From Eledone cirrhosa (Eukaryota): a stretch of 64,000 nt of DNA. The notes below the pieces were generated by a model. That model searched no databases. It was not told the DNA's origin and saw nothing but the letters and a program-made list of their open reading frames with translations. The stretch lies in contig OZ024743.1 in NCBI GenBank assembly GCA_964016885.1, positions 307,086,001 through 307,150,000 on the forward strand. The letters run 5' to 3'. The position numbers were made by a program, and so were the translations under genes. Below are positions 40,073 through 53,625 of this stretch, piece after piece (position 1 is the first letter of the stretch; each line of letters starts with the position of its first letter).

Positions 40073-40779
40073 ATTTGTTGTATATATTTTACCATTTACT
40101 AATAAATATACACTCCCGCGCGGTCATGAAACCTCTTCCGTGGTCTCTAAGCTCACAAAGTAGAGGGGACATCAAGTTAGATATCAACATTTATTCTGTC
40201 CGTTTCATTAAAGGAAAAATTGGAAAGCTTTGAAATGATATAATTGCCACTTTCTTCCAGATAAGAGCACTCTTGGGATAAACAGAGTTGCTCTTGTATA
40301 AATGTTCAAAATAGCTAGTATCGCCTGGTGGGAATATAACAAATTCAACTGGTCCTTATTCATAAAAAAGAACAAACATTTATGTTCCTTTTTTTGAAAT
40401 TTATATATTTCCTTTCAAGGAATGTATTTATACTCTCAGCTGGTATCTTTGAAATATTGTTAATCAATTTTTTAGTAATCTACTGATATCAATATCAGTA
40501 GTATATTGAAAAATGGAAAAAAATAGGCTGGGGTGGGGGCGTTTCGTGATTTCGAGGGACAAAAGGGGGCTTTTGGCTTAAATGGGTTGAGAACCTGTGG
40601 TCTAAACAATTGTCTTAACTAGGACTGCAACTCATGGTGTCTGACACTCTTACCGGTTACATAGCTTCTTCCAACACAGAACAAAGATATTAGCTGTTCT
40701 TCAATGCTACTGTTGAACGAACAGATGACGATGGTCATCAGAAGCAAAACATAATGAGGTTGTTTGCTTGCAAACGAAT

Positions 40780-41569
40780 GGGTGGATTGGCAGTATCGGT
40801 AGAGCGTCAGACACCATGCTTTGCAGCATAGAGTTACGGCCCTTTGCGTCCTAAGTTCAAATTCCGCCGAGGTTAGCTTTGCCTTTCATCCTTACCGGGG
40901 TTGATAAAATAAAGCACCAGTAATGCACTGGTAAATGCTGGCCTTGTGTCAAAAGTAGAAAGCCAGTAGGCTGGAAAGATTGAGAGACAGAGGAACACCC
41001 TCCTGGGGTGGTCTTCGAGATGTGGGTGGGTTGGGTTTGTGGGGTTCCTATGATTTTTTTTGTTTATTTGTTTTCTTAATTTTTTTACTCGATTGCATGT
41101 AAATCCCCACTGTCCCCGTCTTTGTATTGTTCTCTATGTTCGGCCCTTGTGAGCAATCATAAAGAAATCATTATTATTATTATTAGGGCAGTGAATTGCC
41201 TGTGTCGGTAGGGCGTCGGACACCATGCTTCGCGGCATAGAGTTACGGTCCTTTACGGTCTGAGTTCAAATACCACTGATGTTAGCTTTGCTTTTCATCC
41301 TTACGGGGTCGATAAATAAAGCACTAGTAATGCACTGGGGTCGATTAAATCGAGTTGAAGGGGAGAGGAGGGTCGATTAAATCGACCCTCCTCTCCCCTT
41401 CAACTCGCTGACCTTGTGCCTAAAGTAGAAACAATTATTCAATATAAATTACATTTACGTTATCCGCTATGTGAGAACCAAAAATCAAATTCTAATTTTG
41501 TTTTTATATATACATTGCTTTTCTCCAAAACGTTGTTTTTTTTTTTTTGTTTTTTTTTTTAGTTTTTTT

Positions 41570-41600
<31 letters not shown>

Positions 41601-41963
41601 GGTATTTTGTTTTTTTCGTTTCTTTCGCTTCTCTCTCTCTCTCGCTCTATCTTTCTATTTCATCTTTTATTTCTCATTTTATCTTCTGATGAAGAAAACA
41701 TAAAGACTCTTTTCCTACTATATCAAACATGAAACTAATATATTTCTTCATTGTACTGTGTTTTGGCATATATATATATAATTGTTTCTACGTTAGGCAC
41801 AAGGCCAGCAATTACCCAGTGCATTACTGGTACTTTATTTTATCGACCCCGTAAGGATGAAAGGCAAAGTCAACCTCGGCGGGATTTGAACTCGGAATGG
41901 CAAGGGCCGTAACTCTATACATCAAAGCATGGCGTCCGACCCTCTACCAATACTGCCAATCCA
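40780..41963. mobile_element. Three SINE copies (40780-40961 +, 41186-41438 +, 41778-41963 -)
   Basis: Matches to the same SINE consensus. Confidence 0.85.
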
Positions 41964-42390
41964 CATAATGATGATGATGATGGCTGCAACTCGATTTCGA
42001 GTGACGCCATCGCCTGATTCTTGAGAATGAGCATCACGGACGTAGCTTTGTAGTCCTGCAAGGGCCTTGCCTATGGCCATATTAAAATGTTATATCAATT
42101 GATGCTTGTGCTTGAAGCTCGGGGCCTATTGCAGTTTGTTTTGGTGGGCTTATTCGTATCAGTCACCAATCAGATCCGCGAAGACTAGGCTATTTTGAGG
42201 CACCCTTTACTCACCTCGTCGTAACTACATGTCTGGGTTATGGGAGTTTTCTTGTGAGCTAACAGAGTCAGGCATTGCTCCATCTCTCTCCTAGGGGCCC
42301 ACTTATATCGCAATTAACCATCATATCTGGTGGCCGCATCGCTATCCGCCACATGCGACCCGTTCTCTAGTAGAATAGCTCTGCCGAGAA

Positions 42391-42479
<89 letters not shown>

Positions 42480-42482
<3 letters not shown>

Positions 42483-42562
42483 AATTTATTGTCACGAAAA
42501 ATGACATAAAATATCGCGGAAAAATTCCGCGAAAAACTGGAACCGCGAATGTCGGGGATACA

Positions 42563-42564
<2 letters not shown>
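42480..42564. mobile_element. Single terminus of a pogo/Tigger-like DNA element
   Basis: Reverse complement TA-CAGTGTATCCCCGACATTCGCGG resembles Tigger-type TIRs; partner end not found. Confidence 0.4.
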
Positions 42565-42596
<32 letters not shown>

Positions 42597-42598
42597 TC

Positions 42599-42699
<101 letters not shown>

Positions 42700-42832
42700 T
42701 GTGTGTATGTATGTATATATATATATATATATATATGGAAAGTTATATTTAACTACCAAATCAACTTTTCAAATGCAAGTCGAAGTTGAAAAGGTATGTC
42801 GAATCTATCTATTTATAAGACTGTTTATATTG

Positions 42833-42898
42833 TATTTTGTCTGAAGAAGGCATAACATATTTTTAATATGATATCCCTGAAATATATATAATGAAATA
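42833..42898 (+). ncRNA. Type I hammerhead; family also at 50060-50124(+) and 63785-63850(-)
   Basis: UAUUUUGU-CUGAAGA-AGG..CCU-GAAA-UAUAUA-UA-AUGAAAUA. Confidence 0.65.
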
Positions 42899-43004
42899 AA
42901 TATGGTTTTATAAATATAATTTCCATTTATTTAATATCGTATATATATATATACTTAAGTGTTATAAACAAACAGAAAATGTAAACAGATACACAAGAAC
43001 GTAT

Positions 43005-43043
<39 letters not shown>

Positions 43044-43117
43044 CGTTATTCCGGGTTGAATCGGAGGTAACCACAGTAAGTAAGGTACTCAATACATAGC
43101 AGAGTATAAAAGTTTTA

Positions 43118-43215
43118 ATATAGATGAGATTCTACAGGACTAGAACTGTTTCATTCATTAGAAATCATCAGATGATTTCTAATGAATGAAACAGTTCTAG
43201 TCCTGTAGAATCTCA

Positions 43216-43222
<7 letters not shown>
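43118..43222. repeat. Perfect palindrome centred on an HHR core
   Basis: gatgagattctacaggactagaactgtttcattcattagaaatcatc-a-gatgatttctaatgaatgaaacagttctagtcctgtagaatctcatc. Confidence 0.85.
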
Positions 43223-43298
<76 letters not shown>

Positions 43299-43453
43299 AT
43301 GTATATATGTTCTTGTGTATCTGTTTACATTTTGTGTTTGTTTATAACACTTAACTGCGTCAAACAAATTATTTTATCGATCTCTGTGTCTCTAACAGCT
43401 AAGTTAAGTGTTATAAACAAACAGAAAATGTAAACAGATACACAAGAACGTAT

Positions 43454-43557
<104 letters not shown>

Positions 43558-44574
43558 ATGTATATATGTTCATGTGTATCTGTTTACATTTTGTGTTTGT
43601 TTATAACACTTAACTTAGCTGTTAGAGACACAGAGATCGATAAAATAATTTTCAGACTTAAAAGATGATTTGATATTATTGATTAAATTCCTTCGAAACG
43701 GTGCACAATCTTGGCCACAATAAAAAGAGTGAAGCGAGTAAAAGAAAAAAGAAACAGTTATATTGGCTAGGGTTATCGTAGACACTCCTAAAACGATGGG
43801 ATGGTCACGGCTGGAGTGCCTCTGACAATATTTCTTCTGAATATGTGTTGACCTTGGCCTACAGTAACAATAACAACAAAGACAACAGCCAGGAGTAAAT
43901 TCAGATGAAAAACGGGAAAGTAAGAGGTTTAAATATAAAAGGAGTTATTTGAACACTTTGATGTATAAACTGGCAACCATTTTAGGTATGCAAATATTGG
44001 AACAACATCAAAAACTACATTATAGTATATTGCGTCAAACAAACGAGGAAAAGTAGACATGGTTACATCACCTGCTAGAAATAGAAGCCTCTCCTTCCTC
44101 ACTTCCATTTTACGTTAATAAGAGAATTACGCCCGGCTCTCAGGAAAAACGATACACTACGAGGGTCGACTAAAAAATTCATAAGCTGATCAATCTTCTC
44201 TCATGGAAAGTTCAAATGAGGTGTTTTTTACAACGTAGTCCCTGGAACAAAAAACAATAGTGGTGGTGGTGGTGGTGGTGGTGGTGGTGGTAGTGGTAGT
44301 GCTGATAATGATGATGGGTCAACGATAAAGAAAGTTGTCCAATTTTAATATCCTATTTACTATAGCATCATTTCCCATATTCTGTACCTCTGTGGGTGAA
44401 CACCCGCGACCCGTTCTTTTGTAGAGCAGCTCTACCGAGAAATATATATATAGATACATACATACATAAAAATACACACATACACCTACATATACATATA
44501 CATCTATATGCATGTTCATATATATACATACATGTGTATATATATGGTATGGTCCCGTAACTCATGATAGAGTA

Positions 44575-45306
<732 letters not shown>

Positions 45307-45319
45307 TATATACAGACTG

Positions 45320-45838
45320 TATGGTGGCTGCAAACTCTGCTAAGAGTACTGCAATCGCTTGTCAGGTTATAGAGTTTGGCGCACTTTTAGGCTACGGCCA
45401 GCCACACGAACCTGTAACATATCCTGAACAAGCAATGCCTGTGCTTTGAAGGTTTTTTAAGTGGTGAAAGGCCTTGCACTTGACCAATCCCACTCTCTGA
45501 ACATTGAAAACACTACTCGAAACGGCGAACTAGTCAACGTCATCGGATGCTTCCGAAACCGCAGGTTTTTTTCAGAGTTTCCCTCTCTTAGAAAGGTGTT
45601 GCGACAACAACTGGGAGCCTTTCACTTCCAGGTGACAAAAAAAAACAGTATTTGGATGGCCGTTGGCTCTGCTGAGTTCTCCGCCCTTCACCGTGTCTTG
45701 TATTTCATTCCGCAGGGTGTCCAAAGATCACCCTCCTCACCAAGCAAGCTTGTTGGGGTTGCCAGTTTAGTCTCGGACGACCCGACCATGGGGTTGTACT
45801 GGGTTACATGTTACCAGTAGCACTCGAGAGCGACCTAG

Positions 45839-45917
<79 letters not shown>

Positions 45918-46062
45918 GTAGTGTTTGTGCCAGAGTTTTCAAGTCGCTGGCTGGACTAAAAAGTCACACTCGTTCAGCGCATCGGTAGGGGTTCTCCTAC
46001 ATGGATATAAAGTAGTGGCCGTACTCGAAACGAGTTGGCAGCCACCATGTATGTATGTATAT
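45320..46062. mobile_element. RTE 5' end on minus strand (45320-45838) and RTE 3' tip on plus strand (45917-46062)
   Basis: 45780-45835 is the reverse complement of the 14160 5' motif; 45917-46060 is nearly identical to 9226-9368. Confidence 0.7.
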
Positions 46063-47179
46063 ATGCAAAACCAATGCTACCATTGAAACAAACTAGGAAG
46101 CACCCTATGACACAAAACGCAGAAATATGCATTAGTGAACCGTAAAAGAACAATTTTATTCAAATTTGTATAATTAAAGTATAATTAAACAGTAAAGATC
46201 TTTGTTGTGTAGCAACATTGTGGAAATATCCAAAGTGCTGGAGAGGATGGTACGGTGTTTTGACCAGTCAAATGATTTGGTGTGAGTGTATGCGGACTGT
46301 ATATTGAAGCACACTGCGTTATAAAATGTTTTTCAGCTTTTTTTTTCTCTTTTTTGCCTAGCCCTGCGACCTAACAGGTATTGCACAAATCCCTAGTGAC
46401 ACCAATACCCAACTGAAGATAGCGAGTTTGGCTTTTACACCTACTTCCCTTCTTCTGATCACTGAATGCTGAATTTGGCGCATTACTGAATCAGCTCCTG
46501 CATCTTCCACGCAACAACTCAGGCCTTCAAATTTGAGAGGAGTTCCCGTTCCCCCCGCGACCCGAAGGTAGTCATGTTCCGCCCTGTAATTTTTTTTCTG
46601 TGGCCCTATCTTATGTCCCATAGCATGTGACACTACGATTGACTGCCTAAGTTACCGGTACCTTCGTCCACCTGGTATATATTGGTAATATCGTGATGAT
46701 TTTATTGCTCAACATAATAAAAAAAATTACGGATTAGTTGAGCCGTTAGAATATCTGTCCCAGCTATCAAAGTATTGGGTTCGGTCAAGTTTCCTTTTCC
46801 TCCTTTCGAGGTTGATAAATAAACTGTATCGTAAAATAACTAACTTTCTCCTAATTAAGTTGCTATTCTGGACATAACTTAACAAAAGTATAATAATGGA
46901 AGATATTTTTAGATCATTATAGACATTTTAAATCTGTCTTCTATCATAGAACTAGAAGTGGTTTCATGAGATTTGATACGAAGGCCAAACGCTACGTACT
47001 TCACTTCTCAATCTTAGATGAACAGAGAAAAATCCAATATGAAACAGCTTCCCATTTCCTTTTAAATACAATGTTGAGGAGTTTATCAATATTTTGTGTG
47101 ATCAGAAAGCGTCAGACATATAATTCCCTAAAGCTTTTTAGACCTGGCTAAAATGTTTCCAAAAAAGTTACTTAGTATA

Positions 47180-47711
47180 CGAGGGGGCTTCAAAAAGTTC
47201 GTGGATAAAGTACATAGCTAAAAGTCATATGCAGAGACTTTGATTTCATTGCACCTGTACGTTCTCGTACTACGTACTAACGTGTCATAACATGTTCTAA
47301 CATGAACCTTTAAATGCATGTTGCAACGCGGCGCCGCCAGTCGGAAGTCAGTACCCACTCAAGCAACATGGCCTTCATCAAAATTGAATCCAGGACAAAC
47401 ATCAAATTCAAGGTGAAGTTTCCTGGAGCAAGTTTATGGGGACAATGTCCCAAAGAAATCAACAAACTACAAAATTGATACGTCGTTCCAGAAATGGAAG
47501 GGGTGAGGTTGAAGATGAGCCCCAGTTGAAGGTGTAAAACAAAAGCTGCTTTGAGATAGTTTAAATCGCATGGCGCCCAGATTTACACGGATGGACTTAA
47601 AGGCTGGTATCAACGCTTGCATAAGTGTTTTGGCCTAGATCGAGCATATGTTGAAAAATAAACCGTTTTTTCCAACTCCCCTTTTACCACGAACTTTTTG
47701 AAGTCCCCTCG
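47180..47711 (+). mobile_element. Internally deleted mariner element
   Basis: TA-CGAGGGGGCTTCAAAAAGTTCGTGG ... CCACGAACTTTTTGAAGTCCCCTCG-TA; residual transposase N- and C-terminal pieces. Confidence 0.88.
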
Positions 47712-48211
47712 TATGGACTGTTCAACTAAAATAATAGAAAATAAGAAAAATTCAAGGGAGGTAACTCTAAGGTTCTGTTATTTCCCTTGAAACAAAGGGA
47801 GATAATTGAATTTTTTTCATCCACTTATTTCTGAGAGGGTTGTGGGAGTATGATCCTCAAACAGCTCCTTCCAACGGGTCCTGTCAGAAACAATCGTTTC
47901 CAACTGATCCGGCAGGGTCCCCAAGTTTGACCATCCCAGCTCATAGAACATCTTGATTGGGATCAACCCCTGGGTCTCCTGTCGTTTGGTTTTGCCCGTA
48001 AAATATGTTCAGCGATTATTTCCTGTTTATGGTATATGTAAGTAATATATTTTTATATTCTGAATGCTTTTTTCCTGTCATATGTATTACATTATATAAT
48101 TAATATTGTTTTCTATAATATTCTTGTATAAGTGAGCTTTGGAATGTTGTTCTTTTATTATTTTCTTTTTCCAAACTCACTTCTATTGAGCGCTTTACAG
48201 AACAAGGAAAT

Positions 48212-48766
<555 letters not shown>

Positions 48767-48851
48767 TATGGAGAATCCACCTATATTATATATATATATA
48801 TAATATAGGTGGATTCTCCGTATATATATTATATATATATATATATATAAT

Positions 48852-49191
48852 GGAAGCACATGGCTTAGTGGTTAGAGCATTGGCCTTGCAATCGAAAGGT
48901 TGAGAGTTCAATTCTCAGACCGGGTGATGTGTTGTTTCCTTGAGCAAGACACTTTATTTCACATTGCTCCAGTTTACTCAGCTGTAGAAATGAGATGATA
49001 GGACTGGGGTCCCTATCATTCCACACAAAGTGGTCGTGGAGGTGCCACGGCAAAAAAGCACCCAGCACTCATTGTAAATGAGGTTGGTGTAAGGAAGGGC
49101 ATCCAGCTATAGAAATCAAGCCAGAATCAGTTCCCGTTCCACCCTTGCAAGCAGGGAAAAGCGGACGTAAAAAAAATGATAATGATGATGA
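48852..49191 (+). mobile_element. Second tRNA-derived SINE family with LINE-derived tail
   Basis: TGGCTTAGTGGTTAGAGC A box, GAGTTCAATTC B box, CCTTGAGCAAGACACTT core; tail 49025-49190 matches the LINE 3' UTR at 56625-56890. Confidence 0.85.
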
Positions 49192-49942
49192 TATATATAT
49201 ATATATATCGAGAATCCACCTATATATTATATATATATATGTGTGTGTGTGTGTAGGATAACAAGGTATCATTTAAGGTAATCCAGTTGGAGGTTGTGAG
49301 TTCCCTTTTGTACGGCCGACCATGTTATTCTTCACTTCTTTACTATATATATATATATATATATATATTAATGTAAGTATGGCAACGCGCACACATATAT
49401 ATAAACATATATATGTATATACATACACACACCTATACATATACATATGTACGTATAGGTTATATCGAACATTAACAATAATGTTCGATTCGTTTGTAAA
49501 CGAACGTCCCGATTTGAAGCTGTTCCGTGCCGGTGATCGATCGTCACCTGTTTGTTCAATACTGGCTTTGAGGAACAATCACCATGTTTCTGGGTCATTA
49601 CCCCTCATCAGGACTGTATACTTCTGCCAGTCGGTTGAACGGTTGAGGAACATTCCTGTCTTAACGACATCACAACTTTCTCCGCTTGGCCTGTTTCCCC
49701 CCTTTTGGAACTTTTCCCCCGTTGATGGGCGTGAGCCCGAAATATTGGGATTAAATCTCTACTACGGTAACCCTTCTACCTTTGTTTTGTTTTCATCTTT
49801 GTCTCTCTCAATTTTCACTTTCACCTGTTTTTCCTATCTATATTTCACTTCCTACCTCGAGATTTCCCTTTGCATTGTTGTGGCTTTCTTAAATACGTAT
49901 TTTTACACATTTCACAATGCTTCAAGCAAACTTTAACACCCT

Positions 49943-49980
<38 letters not shown>

Positions 49981-50163
49981 TATCCTGATGTCTTCCAAAA
50001 ATAACGGTCGCATTTTGAAAGGGTACGTCAATGTTTATTTATAAAACTGGTATATATTGTATTTTGTCTGATGAAGGCATACCATAATTTAACTTGGTAT
50101 CCTTGAAATATGTATAATGAAATAAATATGGTTTTATAAATATAGTTTCCATTTGTTAATATC

Positions 50164-50209
<46 letters not shown>

Positions 50210-50252
50210 ATGGAGCTGCGGCGCTGCAAATGGGTTACATATGAAAAAGTTT

Positions 50253-50326
50253 GTCCTCATCAGTGGCCTTCCAACCATCGTAGGCATTTCGTCGCATTAA
50301 AGGCCATATACCTCAGGTTGGTGCGA
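50253..50326 (-). ncRNA. Non-circularly permuted hammerhead, copy D1
   Basis: UCGCA-CCAACC-ug-AGGUAUA^UGGCCUU-uaa-UGCGA-C-GAAAUGCCU-acgau-GGUUGG-AAGGCCA-CUGAUGA-G; all helices pair fully. Confidence 0.8.
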
Positions 50327-50874
50327 GCAACGGCTAAAAAAAGTCGTTGGGACACGTAAATAAAGGGGACGCTAGGGTAAACAGACAAACTGGTTTAAGC
50401 AGCAGAAAGTGATGAAGAAGAAACAAGTCCCAGATTTCTATGAATATAAATTCGGTGGAATCGTGAACGAGAGAATAAAGACCATCAAACCTGGTTGAAA
50501 TGTGAGCAAGGAAGGAATTTCGCACAGGTCTAACGGGAGGAAGAAGGGGTCTGGTCTGCGAATTCGGTAAACATAAGTTCTGTGAAGCCGCCGACGAGAA
50601 AGAGAGAAAAAAAATTCATACCGGCTTGGCCAAGTGTCCGCGAGAAAAGGATTACGGACAGGTCAAACGGGAAGAAAGGGGAGGAGGAGAGGTAGTGACA
50701 GAGAGTGAGTGAGTGAAAGGTGAGGAAGAGGCTAACAGAGAGAGAGAGAGACTGCTAGAAAGGGTAAAGATCAAAGAACGAAACAGACTGGTGGCAGCGG
50801 AGGAAAAAATATATGTGTAAATATGATAATAATGGAGCTGCGGCGCTGCAAATGGGTTACATATGAAAAAGTTT

Positions 50875-50948
50875 GTCCTCATCAGTGGCCTTCCAACCGT
50901 CGTAGGCATTTCGTCGCATTAAAGGCCATATACCTCAGGTTGGTGCGA
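50875..50948 (-). ncRNA. Non-circularly permuted hammerhead, copy D2
   Basis: Same as D1 with one linker substitution. Confidence 0.8.
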
Positions 50949-51235
50949 GCAACGGCTAAAAAAAGTCGTTGGGACACGTAAATAAAGGGGACGCTAGGGT
51001 AAACAGACAAAATGGTTTAAGCAGCAGAAAGTGATGAAGAAGAAACCTCTCTCTCTCGTCTGCGACTTCACAGAACTTATATTTACCGAATTCGCAGACC
51101 AGACCCCTTCTTCCTCCCGTTAGACCTGTGCGAAATTCCTTCCTTGCTCACATTTCAACCAGGTTTGATGGTCTTTATTCTCTCGTTCACGATTCCACCG
51201 AATTTATATTCATAGAAATCTGGGACTTGTTCTTT

Positions 51236-51578
51236 CTGCCTGAAGGAGCACCTGCACTTGATGTCGTCCCAGTTACGTTGGACGTTTGTATACTGGGGGA
51301 CAGGGAGGCCTTCGCTGGTCCACAGGCCAGAGCCTGCTCCAGTTCTTGGATCACGTCATGTTCTACCGTCATTCTGAGGATCTCGCTGATGAGGGTGCTA
51401 CTGGAGGAGATTGAGGAGAAGTAAACCAGCAGTGCCATATCTAATGCGTATCGGAGGCTGCGGTCACCGAACCTCACAGGGAGCTTCGCCTGTTGCCAGC
51501 CAGTGCTGTCGAAATTGACATCACAAATGAGTTCCGCACTGCGCCGCATGGTGGCATCGAGTTCACCGAGGCGATCTG
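51236..51578 (-). mobile_element. CRE-like RT-region fragment
   Basis: ICDVNFDSTGWQQAKLPVRFG homologous to ICNVKFGDIRWQQATLPVRYGG in 35949-36725. Confidence 0.7.
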
Positions 51579-51911
51579 ACCTAGGTGTAGAATCTGTCCC
51601 ACTCCTCCCTTTCTCCTTTGTTTCTTCCTTTGTCTCGTAGTCCTGGCTCTTTTCTCACCTTTTTATTTCATTTATGGCAATTATACACCTTTCCAATGCT
51701 GCTCTTTTCTTTTTTATGTTTATATAACGCTACTACAAAATAAAATTGTCATTTGTAAGAAGAAAAAAACGTAAGAGGACACAAAGCTGTAATCTCTCAG
51801 TTGGTTAGCAAAACTGTCGAGTCAACTGGCTGTGACTTTATCAGTGCAGTTAATGTGATGGGGGAGGAGACTAGAAACATGAAATCAAGAAAGTGAATCT
51901 AAATTTAATAG

Positions 51912-53200
51912 ATAATTGTTTCTACTATTGGCATAAGGCCAGCAATTACCCAGTACATTACTGGTACTTTATTTTATCGACCCCGTAAGGATGAAAGGCA
52001 AAGTCAACCTCGGCGGGATTTGAACTCAGATCGTAAAGGGACGTAACTCTGCTGGAAAGCATGGCGTCCGACTCTCTACCGATACTGCCAATCCACCACC
52101 GCTAAATTTAATAGATAATGTTGCATAGGATGTATTTTTAGCCAAATTTTCACTGTCATTAAACAATTGAATAAACTTTCTCTGTTAGCAAACAATTGCA
52201 TATTGACCTGTTATGCATTTATAAACACATGCATTGTTAGAGGAGATTAGGACAGCTTTTTGTTGTTTTAAAACCAGACACTGCCGCCTGACAGAGGAGA
52301 AGAAACTGCCAAACACCGGGGTTTCACAGACCTAAGGAAGAAGCCCTGTAAGGGGGAGTGACTGTATAGAGTGACTGTATAGAGTCTATCACCCCTCCCT
52401 CTCATTCTTTCTCTTTGTTATTTAATTTCTTCTTTCATTTCATTACTTTTCTTTTTCTTCTATTCTTCATTTCCTTATTGCTTTGTAAAAATGTTTCTGT
52501 AAATAAAAATACTTCGAAATTAAAAATAAATAAATATATAAGGGCTCGTGGACTAGCAGAATCGGTAGAGCATCGGGGGAAAATGTTTTGAAGTATGTTG
52601 TTATAGTTCTTTATATTCTGAGTTCAAATCACGCCGTAGTCAACTTTGCCTTTCATCCTTGCAGTGTCGATAAAATAAAGTACCAGTAACGCACAGGGGT
52701 AGATTTAATCTACTTTCTCTCCTTCTTTTCTAATTGATGGCCTTGTGACAAAAGTATAACCAATTATTTAGGGCGATGGATGAGCAGAATCGGTAGATCA
52801 TCGGACACCGTGCTTTGCTGTGTTTTATTACGACTTTCTACCTTTTACCATCCAGGTAAACTTTACCTTTCGTCCTTCCGGGGGTCGATAAAATAATGGT
52901 TTCTGATTTAAGCACAAAGCCAACAATTTGGGGGAAGGGAAAAGTCGACCCCAGTGAATTGTTGATACTTTATTTTATCGACCCTGTAAGGATAAAAGAC
53001 GAAGATAACCTCGGAGAGAATTGAACTCAGAACTTATAGGAACGTTACTATATGCCGCGAAGCATGTTGTCCGACGCTTAACCGATACTACTAATTCACC
53101 ATCTGAGTCGATAAAGTAATAATACTAATCACATACTGAGGTCAATGTAATAGACTTCCCCCCTCTGTTACCAAATTGCTGACCATGTGCCTAAATTAGA
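51912..53200. mobile_element. SINE cluster (51912-52101 -, 52542-52770 +, 52771-52893 +, 52896-53103 -)
   Basis: Matches to the SINE core, variable divergence. Confidence 0.8.
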
Positions 53201-53625
53201 ATTCTTCATTTAAACATATATCATTGAATATCTGGTTAATATGTTCCAATTTCACTTTTTACCATTGTTTAGTTTCATAGCAATATAATGTCTAATTATT
53301 AATGTATTTTGGAACATTGTATGATCTAAAGTCCATTCTAACAATGATATTTCAACGGTTTATCTTCTGCATGATAACATTGGAAATGGCGGTAGATACT
53401 GCTGGAGGGGATGGGAGTAAAAGAGCATGGGAACAATGTTTACATTTGATGTTTTTTAATGTTTTTTCTTAGTTAGAGGTTTAAAAGTATTTGGGTGATG
53501 ACGTCGGAGTAAGGTTTTGTATTACATAAAACATTGCGTGACAGTTTTGCGCTATAGGATATGTCAGGCGAGTATTCGACACTAAAATCAGTTAACTAGA
53601 TTCCTTTACTGGGGCACGGCATACT

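Larger units (their letters stand above)
37689..40599 (+). mobile_element. hAT (Charlie/Buster-like) DNA transposon, decayed
   Basis: TIRs CAAAGGTTCTCAAC / GTTGAGAACCTGTG; perfect 8-bp TSD GTCTAAAC at 37681-37688 and 40600-40607; transposase pieces HCVIHRQHLAAK, EVRWLSKG, FPSSYLV..RNR..RGDLRL (38510-39553). Confidence 0.92.
50205..51235 (-). mobile_element. 622-bp-period tandem unit plus inverted segment, PLE pLTR-like
   Basis: 50205-50423 repeated at 50827-51045; about 50418-50600 inverted at 51052-51233. Confidence 0.75.

Noticed and set aside
41686-41740. CTGATGA followed by a distant GAAAC
   Set aside because: No consistent helices in either normal or permuted order.
44158-44240. Mariner-like terminus TACGAGGGTCGACTAAAAAATTC
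   Set aside because: No partner TIR or coding remnant found.
48852-48925. Possible tRNA gene
   Set aside because: No acceptor stem; continues into SINE core and LINE-like tail.
49575-49617. HHR-like ACAGUC-CUGAUGA-GGGGU..ACCC-A-GAAACAUG-GU-GAUUGU (minus)
   Set aside because: Lacks the required UH at the cleavage site; counted only as decayed.
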